This document shows, piece by piece, positions 18,567-27,584 of a DNA stretch of 64,000 nucleotides. A model generated the notes under the pieces. The model did no database searches. It worked only from the letters and a program-made list of their open reading frames with translations, and had not been told where the DNA came from. The DNA is from Candidatus Rokuibacteriota bacterium (GTDB taxonomy: Bacteria > Methylomirabilota > Methylomirabilia > Rokubacteriales > CSP1-6), in the NCBI GenBank assembly GCA_016209635.1, contig JACQWC010000013.1, forward strand, positions 12,680-76,679, written 5' to 3'. Position numbers and translations under genes: made by a program. Positions within the stretch are counted from its first letter, which is position 1. Each line of letters starts with the position of its first letter.

Positions 18567-19246
18567 AGGGATGCGTCCGGCTTCAAGGCGCCCGTGAACC
18601 ACTGGTAGGCGAACACCACGAGCCCGGCATATTCGTGGACGACCGCCTCGGCGTGCCGGGTGTTCCTCCACCACGCCGCGGAGCCGTGGAGCGACCTGGA
18701 GGTGTGCGGGATCACCCGCAGTCCCGCGACCCCCTGCGTCACCATGTACAGATACGCCCGCCGGATGTGGATCGGATCGGTGACGACGATCACCGACCGC
18801 AGCCCCGTCAGGCTGAGAACTCGACCGACCGCGCGCAGCTCCGGTCCCGTGCCGACGCGATCGGCGATGCTGATGAGAATCGCGGAGCGTGGGACGCCGT
18901 AGCGAGCCAGGATCCTGGTCGCCGACTCGTCGTCGTCGAGGATATCGACACCGAAGCTCCGAAAGATTGCAGATCGCGGATCGGGCGTCGACAATCGACT
19001 CACGATAATGCGCGGCGCATATCCGGCACGATAGACCTCACCCGCTTCCATCGCCCTGTACGGCAAACCCCCGAGCAGAATGACGATCGCGTCGGCCCGC
19101 TCCAGTGGCGCACTCATCACCAGGAGCGCGTCGGCACGGTGGACGAGCAGGATCAAGCTCCCGGCGGCCGCCACGAGGCCCAGCCGCCAGACCCACGTCC
19201 GCCGCCGTCGTGGCCCAATGGGCCCTATTCGCACAGCGCCGCCCAC
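18563..19246 (-). CDS. DUF218 / YdcF-ElyC-SanA family protein
   Basis: 227 aa. N-terminal TM anchor, then ADAIVILLGG...YRAMEAGEVYRAGYAPRIIVS, typical of DUF218. Confidence 0.75.
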   Translation of the reverse strand: MGGAVRIGPIGPRRRRTWVWRLGLVAAAGSLILLVHRADALLVMSAPLERADAIVILLGGLPYRAMEAGEVYRAGYAPRIIVSRLSTPDPRSAIFRSFGVDILDDDESATRILARYGVPRSAILISIADRVGTGPELRAVGRVLSLTGLRSVIVVTDPIHIRRAYLYMVTQGVAGLRVIPHTSRSLHGSAAWWRNTRHAEAVVHEYAGLVVFAYQWFTGALKPDASL

Positions 19247-19812
19247 GCCTCCACGTGCTTCGTGCAGACCGCCGAGGCCTGGTACCGCTCAACGATGGCG
19301 AGCGCCGGTGCCGGATCGAGGGGCGCCCGGCCCTGCAGCTCGGGGGCGACAAGACACGTCTTGAACTCGCTGAGCACCCGTTCGCGCTCGGGGAGCACCG
19401 CGGGGAAATCGCTGAAGCAGTCGACCCAGATCCAGTCCACCTTGCCGGCAAGTGCCAGGCACCCCTCGATGGGCTCGTGCTCCGAGAACCGTACGGCGAT
19501 CCGCCGCTCGCCCTGTCGCACCAGCTTCACCAGGGCCGGGAACGACAGGTCCAAGAAGAAGAAGTCCTCGATCCCCCGTCGCTCCACGATTCGAAGGACC
19601 TCCGCCTCGATTCCCTCGCACTTTACGTTCAGGATGATGAAGCGATGGCGAAAGTGCTCGATGTACCGCTCGAAGGTTTCACCCCCGAGACCCGGGTCGT
19701 GCTGCACGACGACCTTCCCATTGTAATCCCTAAGATCGACTTCGACGCCGTACCGCGTCGAAGTCTGCGCGAGCTGCTCGATGGTGTTGACCCGGTGCGA
19801 CACGACGATCAT
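19225..19812 (-). CDS. Glycerophosphodiester-phosphodiesterase-like (PLC-like TIM-barrel) protein
   Basis: Start at ATG 19812 (ATGA overlap). MIVVSHRVNT...YGVEVDLRDYNGKVVVQHDP reproduces the H-R ... E-x-D-x-R ... HD pattern of the GDPD family. It is short (195 aa), so the assignment is tentative. Confidence 0.55.
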   Translation of the reverse strand: MIVVSHRVNTIEQLAQTSTRYGVEVDLRDYNGKVVVQHDPGLGGETFERYIEHFRHRFIILNVKCEGIEAEVLRIVERRGIEDFFFLDLSFPALVKLVRQGERRIAVRFSEHEPIEGCLALAGKVDWIWVDCFSDFPAVLPERERVLSEFKTCLVAPELQGRAPLDPAPALAIVERYQASAVCTKHVEAWAALCE

Positions 19813-20528
19813 GCGCTCTCCGAGCGAAGCCTGATCATGTATCGTACCGCCGCGCTGATGTGGCGCCAGCGTGAGCGCACGCCGACCGCCCACTTCGACT
19901 GTCCGTGACGTCGGCGCTCGAAGCTCACTGGAACCGTTTCGATCTTCCAACCCGCGCGGAGGGCTACATAGAGCACGTAGAGGTCGAAAGACAGGTCCTT
20001 GGGCGGCGCGACGACGTACGCGAGGAGACTCCGATGGAACACCTTCGGTTGAGCGTTGATATCACGCAGCGGCTGCCTCAGGATCAATTGCGCCATCGTC
20101 TGCATGCCGTAGGTCAACAGCGCGCCGCCCACGTCGCGTCGCTGTCGAGCCCCCTTGACCAGGACCCCACGATGATCGGGCATCGAACGAAGCTTCGCGA
20201 ACGCCCGAAACACATCCGCAGGATCGGTCTGAAGATCGCCATGCGACCATCCGAGGTACTCGGCGTTCGTGGCCTTCAGTCCCATCCAAATGCCGTGACC
20301 GTACCCCTCGTTGTGCGGCACGGTCGTCACGCGGCAAAATGTCCGAAATTGCTCACGCTCCACTACCTCGGCAAGAACCGCTGCTGAGCGGTCCGTCGAC
20401 CCGTTGTTCACGAGGACAAGATCGAGGTGCAGGTCACGAGGTCGCACTTCGGCAAAGCGTGCGACAAGGCCCGGCAGGCTCTCGGCCTCGTTGTAACAGG
20501 GGATCGACACCCCAAGAGTTGGCAGCAT
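19809..20528 (-). CDS. GT2 polyprenyl-phosphate glycosyltransferase (GtrB/ArnC/DPM1-like)
   Basis: Start at ATG 20528 (MLPTLGVSIPCYNEAESLP), overlapping the TAA of the GtrA-like gene by 1 nt. The ORF-track extension to 20978 is out of context. Confidence 0.8.
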   Translation of the reverse strand: MLPTLGVSIPCYNEAESLPGLVARFAEVRPRDLHLDLVLVNNGSTDRSAAVLAEVVEREQFRTFCRVTTVPHNEGYGHGIWMGLKATNAEYLGWSHGDLQTDPADVFRAFAKLRSMPDHRGVLVKGARQRRDVGGALLTYGMQTMAQLILRQPLRDINAQPKVFHRSLLAYVVAPPKDLSFDLYVLYVALRAGWKIETVPVSFERRRHGQSKWAVGVRSRWRHISAAVRYMIRLRSESA

Positions 20529-20968
20529 TAGCGACGTTCGCGGAAGATTCGAAGATGCTCCTGAGCATCCCGGAACGCGATGAACTTCTGGCCCAGGAAG
20601 TTTAGCAGTGTCGAGACAGCTGTAGCGCACAAGAAGGCGGTGACAAAGGCCGCGGGGCGACCAGCTGCCAACACCATATGATTCACTACCACGTTGACGA
20701 GCATGGTTGATGCGTACAGCCCTCCGAACGCCACGACCTCGAAGGTCGACCACTGACGCGACGCGAAGGTCCACAGCTTGTTGGCCACGAATGCGAAGGC
20801 AGTGCCCAGCACGAACGAGACGGCCTTCATTGCGTCCGGTGAGGCTTTGGAGCCGGAAGCGAGGATCATGGCATAGTAGGAGAGACCGTCGATGGCCACG
20901 CTTCCCAGTCCCACCACGAGGAAGCGTCCCGCCTGCCGCACGACAAGTGGCTCGAGTCCGATGCCCAC
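20528..20968 (-). CDS. GtrA family membrane protein (lipid-linked sugar translocation-associated)
   Basis: 146 aa with four hydrophobic segments. RQAGRFLVVGLGSVAIDGLSYY and NKLWTF motifs are typical of GtrA-like proteins. Confidence 0.75.
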   Translation of the reverse strand: MGIGLEPLVVRQAGRFLVVGLGSVAIDGLSYYAMILASGSKASPDAMKAVSFVLGTAFAFVANKLWTFASRQWSTFEVVAFGGLYASTMLVNVVVNHMVLAAGRPAAFVTAFLCATAVSTLLNFLGQKFIAFRDAQEHLRIFRERR

Positions 20969-20974
20969 GATCGA

Positions 20975-22543
20975 TCACGCGTCCGAGGAGGGGACACCAC
21001 GGCGCTCAGAATGTTGCCGCCAGTACTCGAAGGTCCGGAGATCGTCGGGTGTCCCCCAGCCCAGATACATGGCGACCTCGAACACCGTCACCGTCTTGCC
21101 CGCGGCGAGGACGGCGTTCAGCGCCTCGTCGATATAGAACTCGCCGTTCACGCGACGGTCGGCCTCGATCATCGCTCGCACTGCCGCGAAGAAGTCGCGG
21201 CTCTTCCGGAAGTAGAACGTCCCGACGATCGCGTGATCGGTCCGCGGCGTTGAGCTGATCGGGATCTTCACGGAGACCCGCGTCACCTGCCCGCTGGTGG
21301 CATCGACCCAGCCGAACGCGGTCGGGTTCTGCTCGAGCGATGCGCGCCGTCGAAACGTCCAGACGATCGCGTCGATCGACGGGTCTGCGACCATTCGCCT
21401 GTAGGTAGCACCGTCCCAGGTCATCCCGTTGTCGCAGGCAGCGATGAGGAGCGAACGCTCGGGATTGACCAAGCGCTCGCCGAAGAGCGCGGTGCACGCC
21501 TGCCCTTCCGTCACGCCGTCGAGGCAGAGCAGATCGCACCCCCCGACCTCACCGCGCAGAAGCTCCGCGACGCCGTACGCCTCGAAGTGCTCACGAAGGC
21601 CGATGAAGCCCCACCGACGGGCGCGCGGGAGCGACCGGATGGCCTGGATCACCATCGGTGCGCCCGCGACCGGGATGAGAGGCTTGGGGAGGCAGTATCC
21701 CTCATGCGCGAAGCGCATGCCGCGGCCGGCCATCAGCACGAGATTGTAGTCCGCCATCGGCGTCTCGTTCGCGGCACCCAGCCGGGGCCCATCCCCCCTG
21801 AAGTAGTCGGACCAGCACTGGTACTCTTCGAGGTCCTGCGGCGTTCCCCACTGGAGAAAGCGTTCGAGCTCATAGATGTAGGTGCGGTGACCGTCACGCT
21901 GGAGAAGGTTGTAGACGAGGCTGACATAGTACTCACCGCTCACTTCGAGGCGTTCCTTCATTGCCATTGGGAAGTACCGCTTGACGAGCTCGCCCCGAGC
22001 AAAATAGTACGTCCCCGCCGATGCGTACTCGTTCATCCGGTTGCCGGTGAAGGCCTCCTTCTCCCGGATTTCGACCAGCCAGTTCCCTTCGTGTTTCACG
22101 TAGGCGTAGTACGTCGGCCCCAGCGAATGCGGGTGAAAGCCCCGATAGGCCGAGATCCCGCCGGCCGCCCGCCGGCTTCGAAGTTCCGCCAGGAAGCGTC
22201 GATGGTCCCAGGCGACGCCAAAGTCGCAATAGTTGACGATGACTTCCTCCTCGTCGTCGAGGCAGTCGAGCGCCTGACACACCGCGTGGACCGGCCCCAG
22301 CTTGTGCGGCTCGATTTCCACGATGACGCCGCCCGGTTTGGCCCTCGTCAGGACGTCGGCGAGCGGGGAAGTCCGCAGATGCTCCGAATTGCACACGAAG
22401 ACGAAGTTGTCCTCGCCCGGGAACATCTCGATGATGTGCTCGATCATGGGGCGACCGTCCACCTTGATCAGCGGCTTCGGCTCCCTATACCCGGCGCGTC
22501 GGAAGCGGTCGCCCATCCCAGACATCGGGATGACGATCTTCAC
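20975..22543 (-). CDS. Tandem-domain nucleotidyltransferase (two sugar-phosphate nucleotidylyltransferase-like modules)
   Basis: 522 aa. Two copies of the G-x-G-x-R...K-P-L signature (IPMSGMGDRFRRAGYREPKPL and VLMAGRGMRFAHEGYCLPKPL). GTG 22543 overlaps the upstream stop (GTGA). Confidence 0.75.
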   Translation of the reverse strand: MKIVIPMSGMGDRFRRAGYREPKPLIKVDGRPMIEHIIEMFPGEDNFVFVCNSEHLRTSPLADVLTRAKPGGVIVEIEPHKLGPVHAVCQALDCLDDEEEVIVNYCDFGVAWDHRRFLAELRSRRAAGGISAYRGFHPHSLGPTYYAYVKHEGNWLVEIREKEAFTGNRMNEYASAGTYYFARGELVKRYFPMAMKERLEVSGEYYVSLVYNLLQRDGHRTYIYELERFLQWGTPQDLEEYQCWSDYFRGDGPRLGAANETPMADYNLVLMAGRGMRFAHEGYCLPKPLIPVAGAPMVIQAIRSLPRARRWGFIGLREHFEAYGVAELLRGEVGGCDLLCLDGVTEGQACTALFGERLVNPERSLLIAACDNGMTWDGATYRRMVADPSIDAIVWTFRRRASLEQNPTAFGWVDATSGQVTRVSVKIPISSTPRTDHAIVGTFYFRKSRDFFAAVRAMIEADRRVNGEFYIDEALNAVLAAGKTVTVFEVAMYLGWGTPDDLRTFEYWRQHSERRGVPSSDA

Positions 22544-23745
22544 GCGTGATCCCCTCGGCGGACCGCGACCTCGCGCCGGTAAACTTCGGACTCCGAGCGA
22601 AGAAGTTGAGCCACGCGCTCACCGGGGAGAGGTCGCGGCCGGCCGACCCGCCCGGCGAGGCGCGCCACGACCTGCTGCGCGAGCCACACTTCGGCGACGG
22701 CACGAGCCTCGCCTGGGTTGGCGCCGCTGCAGAGCGCTACGTCTCGACACACCCAGACCCTCGCGGGCTGCCCCCACGCGGCGAGATACTCGGCGGCCAG
22801 CCGTTGGACTCCCGCCGCGCTCCGGCGTGCGTCCTCATCGAGAACGATTGCCGAGGGCCCGCAGAAAACGGCAGCGTCCGGAAAGAGGACTCCGGGCGCC
22901 ACAGGAAAGTCGGCCGGAATGCAGATCAGCGCCGGTCGCTGCGGCACGGCGTGGCGGATCGCGCTCACGACGTCAACTGGCACTGCTGTGTCGGCCTGCT
23001 CCGACCGGAATCGTAACCGGTCGGCCTCGCCTCCGAGCGCATCCACGAGGGCACCGATGATCCGCTCGTGGGCGCCGATCACATCGTCCGCGCTATCGCC
23101 ATGAACGACGACTCCGTGATTCTCGAGGAAGATCACTTTCGGCACGTCGTCTCCGGCCCGCGCCCCATCCGCAAGGACCCGCCACAGGGCCAGGCCCAGC
23201 TCGAGTCCTGGCATCGCGTATGGCACATACAGGTGGCCGCTCTGATCCTTGACGACCTCCTCGATCCGGGCCCGACTCTCCTCGACGCAGAGAAACGCGT
23301 TGGCGACCAGGGGATGCGTGTGCAGCACGACACATCCCAGAAGGCCGTGGAGCGATAACTCCATCGTCGGCCTCGGTTCCCCGTGCCCGCTCGCGGACGT
23401 GGATTTACGATCCCACTCCGTCAGCGCGTCGCTGCCGGCAGCCGCAGCCCCGAGCCGGAGAGAGGAGTACTCGACCACGGCGACCCCTCTCCCCGCGGCG
23501 ACGTCGGCGAGCGTACAGCCGGACGCCTTCACGTACATCGTCCCGTCTGCCGATTTCACGCTCGTGTTGCCGCCACTCGCCTGGACGAAATCCCACCGCT
23601 CGGCCGCATAGGCCGAAACCTTGATCAGCTCCTGTCGTGCGGCAGACTCGCTCGGCACGGTCGCAATCACAGCCGTGCGGGCATATCCCTGAACGTCCTC
23701 ATCGCCGCCGCGCCCGGAGTGGCCCCCGGTGAGAACCAAAACCAT
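22540..23745 (-). CDS. Class II aldolase/adducin-domain protein (resembles the aldolase half of bifunctional aldolase/SDR proteins)
   Basis: 401 aa. Motifs SGGNTSVK...YVKASG, VVLHTHPLVANAF and FLENHGVVVHG (metal-binding His pattern of class II aldolases/epimerases). Confidence 0.75.
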   Translation of the reverse strand: MVLVLTGGHSGRGGDEDVQGYARTAVIATVPSESAARQELIKVSAYAAERWDFVQASGGNTSVKSADGTMYVKASGCTLADVAAGRGVAVVEYSSLRLGAAAAGSDALTEWDRKSTSASGHGEPRPTMELSLHGLLGCVVLHTHPLVANAFLCVEESRARIEEVVKDQSGHLYVPYAMPGLELGLALWRVLADGARAGDDVPKVIFLENHGVVVHGDSADDVIGAHERIIGALVDALGGEADRLRFRSEQADTAVPVDVVSAIRHAVPQRPALICIPADFPVAPGVLFPDAAVFCGPSAIVLDEDARRSAAGVQRLAAEYLAAWGQPARVWVCRDVALCSGANPGEARAVAEVWLAQQVVARLAGRVGRPRPLPGERVAQLLRSESEVYRREVAVRRGDHA

Positions 23746-23775
23746 GTCGCATTGAGCGAGACTCCACGCACCCGG

Positions 23776-25893
23776 CTACGCGACACTGCGACCCGCGTCG
23801 CCGAGCACATCACTCAGCAATATCAAGAAACAGAGCTGAAGCACACCGTTGTGTCCGCCATGCCAGCCGGGTCGGGCCACCACCAGCTCGTTGAGCTGGG
23901 GCAGGACGCGATCCGCCACCGCGCGCACATCGGCCACGCTGAGATCGCCCTCGACCACCAGCGTCTGGTGAACGAGGTCTTCCTCGTGCACCACCGAGAC
24001 CCGCGTGCCTTCCAAACGTTTCAGCTCCTCGGCCAGCCGCGTGAACGGCAGGCTGTTGTCGACCCGCAGGCGGATGCCGAGCGCCGGCGAGCCCGTGGTC
24101 GCGGCTGGGACGGCCACTGTCCGACGATAGTACTGGACGACCATGTCGGCGAATTGCTGCTGCGGCCGGACGAACGCCGCCGCGTCGGTCTCACGCGTCC
24201 GGAGCTGCTCCAGCACCTGGCCCGCGCTGTAGCCCCGATCGCGCACGTCGCGGTGCATCTTCCACTCCTGGCGCAGCTCTTCCTCGGTGTCCATGTAGAT
24301 CCTGATGTCGAGCATCTCTCGCATGCGCTTCATGTAGAAGGGGTGGAGTCCGATCACGAAGACGAAGCGGCCCGGCGAGACCCGGGCGGGCTGCGTGAAC
24401 TTGCCGGTCGCGTGATCGTAACGGACTCGGGTGATCGTCTGTCCCCGGCCGAGCGCCTCCGCGTGCTCGAAGAGCAGGTAGAGATCATTGGCCGACGGAT
24501 CGAGGTGGGATACGACCTTCCACATCTCGTGGCCGCGCTCCCACCGATGCACGTCGTCACCATCCACGGTCAGCACGTTGTCGGGCCCGAGCACCGCGGC
24601 GAGGGTGTCGCGCGCGGTGTGCTTCCCCGAGCCGGAGTCCCCGCCGACACCAACGAGGACCGGCCGCGTCCGCGGTCGATAGATGATGTTCACCTGCACG
24701 CCGTACCGGTACATCATGAAGGCGATCGTCAGCACCGAGGCCTGCACGGCAGTGTAGAGCAGCGAGTTCGCCAGCCGCCCGTCGATCCCATACCCTTCGG
24801 CGATTGTCAGCGGACGGAGCCCGGCCACTGCCGGCGCCAGCATCCCCAGCGATTCGAAGAAGGTCGAGTCGTGGCCCAGCATCAGATAGGCGAGGCAGCT
24901 GACGTTGAACGCCCAGAGGAGGAGGCGGGGATAGAGCGTCTGCTGCGAGAAGAAGTAGACGATGAACGGAAGCGGCCAGATGTAGTAGCCGTGCGCTGGC
25001 GGGATGAGCGTCACGAGCACCGTGTAGGCCAGGCCGAGGAACATCAACAGCATGTCCCGGTTGACTTTCTTGTACGACGCGAACTGCAGGAACAGCACCC
25101 CGATCGCCAGCGGCGCCAGGTAGACGTGGAGCGCGGGCAGGTAATCGACGGCCACCCGGAACACCCGCTGCTGCTCCTCGGTTCCGAACACCATAGCCCG
25201 GAAGCCCGGGCTCAGGACCCACGGGAAGAGGCTCGCTCCATATGCGCCGACCGTGACGGCCGCGAACTGCGCGCCACGAAGCCACGACATCTCCTTGCGG
25301 ACCGTGAAGATCGCGAGAAACGGCAGCGCGACGAAGAGGTGGGACTTGGTCGAGAGGCCGAGTCCCAGGACGACGGCCGCCCAGGCGTACCGCCCGCGAA
25401 ACAGCAGCGCCAGACTCGCCAGCAGCAGCGCCGTGGGAATCAGGTCGAGTTGCCCGTGGACGTAGGTGACGTACAGCACGATGGGCGACATCCACCACAG
25501 CAGCAGGGTCCGCTCAGCCTCCGTCTTGAGTCCGTGGATCAGGAGCGCCAGGATGGCGAGATCCGCCCCCAGGAGCGGCAGACGGGCCGCCAGCAAGTGA
25601 ATCCAGGTCACGAGCGCGGGATCCGCTGGCACTGCCCACGCCACGAGGAGTCGCGGAACGAGCATGAGATAGAACATCACGGGACCGTACGGGAAGGCGT
25701 TCGAGATACCGTGATCGATGGCCGCCTGCCACGGGTCGGCCGCGAATCCGCCCACCGCGAGGTTCAGGAACGGCACGAAGAGCCCGTACAGGAAGTGCGA
25801 GGCCACGGTGGCTCCGAGGAGCATCTTCACCGCGGCGATACCGCCCACGCGCAGCCGGTCGCTCCCTCGAAAACCGGTCAGCCGTGCGATCAT
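23776..25893 (-). CDS. Fusion protein: polytopic GT-C-like membrane domain + phosphoribulokinase/uridine-kinase-family P-loop kinase domain
   Basis: Start at ATG 25893 (ATGA overlap). About 10 hydrophobic helices sit in the N-terminal two-thirds (FPYGPVMFYL...). The C-terminal domain has the P-loop VGVGGDSGSGKHT and PRK/Udk-like blocks (YDHATGKF, DIRIYMDTEEELR, RDVRDRGYS). Confidence 0.75.
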   Translation of the reverse strand: MIARLTGFRGSDRLRVGGIAAVKMLLGATVASHFLYGLFVPFLNLAVGGFAADPWQAAIDHGISNAFPYGPVMFYLMLVPRLLVAWAVPADPALVTWIHLLAARLPLLGADLAILALLIHGLKTEAERTLLLWWMSPIVLYVTYVHGQLDLIPTALLLASLALLFRGRYAWAAVVLGLGLSTKSHLFVALPFLAIFTVRKEMSWLRGAQFAAVTVGAYGASLFPWVLSPGFRAMVFGTEEQQRVFRVAVDYLPALHVYLAPLAIGVLFLQFASYKKVNRDMLLMFLGLAYTVLVTLIPPAHGYYIWPLPFIVYFFSQQTLYPRLLLWAFNVSCLAYLMLGHDSTFFESLGMLAPAVAGLRPLTIAEGYGIDGRLANSLLYTAVQASVLTIAFMMYRYGVQVNIIYRPRTRPVLVGVGGDSGSGKHTARDTLAAVLGPDNVLTVDGDDVHRWERGHEMWKVVSHLDPSANDLYLLFEHAEALGRGQTITRVRYDHATGKFTQPARVSPGRFVFVIGLHPFYMKRMREMLDIRIYMDTEEELRQEWKMHRDVRDRGYSAGQVLEQLRTRETDAAAFVRPQQQFADMVVQYYRRTVAVPAATTGSPALGIRLRVDNSLPFTRLAEELKRLEGTRVSVVHEEDLVHQTLVVEGDLSVADVRAVADRVLPQLNELVVARPGWHGGHNGVLQLCFLILLSDVLGDAGRSVA

Positions 25894-27584
25894 CGTGACG
25901 AGACCACGGACTCCTTCCCCGCGACCGACACGTAAAGCCCGTTGGTCCCCCATTTCACCGCCTTGCTGATGCCGGGCTGGACGTCCGATTCCACGCTCAC
26001 CAGGGGTCGGATCGTGTAGCCCCGCGACGTGAGGAAGGCGTTCTCTCGCGGGTATCGTTCGATCGGCCCGTACTGGGACACGAGCAGGAACCCCCGCTCG
26101 GGGAGTCGCGCTTTCGACGCCTCACCCCTGCGCATGATCGGCTCCAGGTCGAGAAAGGTAACCCGGTGCGCCGACCGGCGAAACATGAGCGCCGGGTTCC
26201 ACGTCCAGTCGTAACCCACGATCGTGTCGAGGCGGTGGGCGGCGAGCAGTTCACCGAGGCGCGTCTCGTCAAACCGGTCTCTTCGGTCGGCACGGAACTG
26301 GCCATAGCCGGCGCTGAACAGTGCCAGCATCACCAGCAGCAGCGTCCATGCGATAGCCTCGCCCGGGACGAGGCGGAGCCGGACGCGCTCCAGCAGATGT
26401 CGCGTGCCAACGGCAATCAGGAGCGCCACGATCGGGCTCAGGACGAGCACATGACGTGTCGGACTGACGGGGAAGCGACCGGTCGCGTTCAGCACGGCCC
26501 AGGCCAGAGCCAGCAGGCCGAGAAAGACTCCGAGCGCGCGCGCCGGGGCGCGTCCATCGGCCAGCAAGCTCCAGACGCCGGCCGCGCACAGCACGAAGAG
26601 CACTGCCACGCACGCGGACGCTGCGGGACTGTCGAGGGCGAACGTCACATTGGTCGCGACGACCGTGTAGAGCGCCCCGGCGACGTATTGCACCAAGTAG
26701 CCTACGTCGTCGAACAGGCCGGTGCCTGGCAGCCGCGGAAAGAACTGGTCGAACCCGCCGATGCTGAGCAGCCGTCCGGGGCGTGACTTGTCGCGCAGGA
26801 GCACGAAGAGCGGCAGCACGAGAATGCCGAACAGCGACACGGAGAGCGCATATCGTCCGACCATCGCCTTCACCGACTGCGGACGGTGACACAGGTACTC
26901 CGTGACGACGAGCGCCGCATAGGCGATCAGGACCATCATGAGCACCTGGTAATTGGCCCAGCTGAGCAGCGCGCAGACCCCCGCCCACCACACGAGCCTC
27001 CACGGGTCGGTCGGTCGGTCTGAGTAGGCCACGAGGAGCCACATGAGCAGGGCTGCTCCCAGCACCCCGACCGCGTACGACATCGCCTGCTGGGCGTAGG
27101 TGATGTTCATCAGCGACAGCGCGAGGGCCCCGAGGGCGAGGAGGCCCGGGGCGTCCAGAACGCCGGCCCACGCGCGGTAGAGTCCGATGAACGCGACCAG
27201 GGCGAGCGACGCAAAGATGGCGCTCGGCAGCCGGCCGCGCCACAGGAACTCGCGATATGAGAAGTCGCCGTTCAGAAACAACGGATAGAACAGAAATTGC
27301 AACGGGGCGTACGTGGTTTCGCTCACATAGGCCGCATACAACAGCGGGCTCGACCTGATGCGGCGGGCGTCGATCGTGACTGACAGACGCCCACCCGATC
27401 CCGGTACGGCCATGGTCAGCGGTTCACCCTGGTTGATGAGGTACGGACCGGCCATAGTCACGAGGTCGTCGACGTGCGAGAAGTGCTCGTCGAGACCGTG
27501 AAACCGCAGCCCGATCCCAACGGCAAGAAGCGCAACGAACGCTGCGGGAAGCGCCGCCCACCGGTAGGCCGGACGTCCGATCAT
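25890..27584 (-). CDS. Polytopic membrane protein, GT-C-like glycosyltransferase (ArnT/PMT-like)
   Basis: Start at ATG 27584 (MIGRPAYRWAALPAAFVALLAVGIGLRFHGL; ATGA overlap). About 12 hydrophobic helices plus a soluble C-terminal tail. Family call is by architecture only. Confidence 0.6.
   Translation of the reverse strand: MIGRPAYRWAALPAAFVALLAVGIGLRFHGLDEHFSHVDDLVTMAGPYLINQGEPLTMAVPGSGGRLSVTIDARRIRSSPLLYAAYVSETTYAPLQFLFYPLFLNGDFSYREFLWRGRLPSAIFASLALVAFIGLYRAWAGVLDAPGLLALGALALSLMNITYAQQAMSYAVGVLGAALLMWLLVAYSDRPTDPWRLVWWAGVCALLSWANYQVLMMVLIAYAALVVTEYLCHRPQSVKAMVGRYALSVSLFGILVLPLFVLLRDKSRPGRLLSIGGFDQFFPRLPGTGLFDDVGYLVQYVAGALYTVVATNVTFALDSPAASACVAVLFVLCAAGVWSLLADGRAPARALGVFLGLLALAWAVLNATGRFPVSPTRHVLVLSPIVALLIAVGTRHLLERVRLRLVPGEAIAWTLLLVMLALFSAGYGQFRADRRDRFDETRLGELLAAHRLDTIVGYDWTWNPALMFRRSAHRVTFLDLEPIMRRGEASKARLPERGFLLVSQYGPIERYPRENAFLTSRGYTIRPLVSVESDVQPGISKAVKWGTNGLYVSVAGKESVVSSR

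Noticed and set aside
23383-25935. 850-aa plus-strand ORF
   Set aside because: Antisense to the GT-C-like/kinase fusion gene, with an extremely R/E/D/H-rich nonsense-like sequence.
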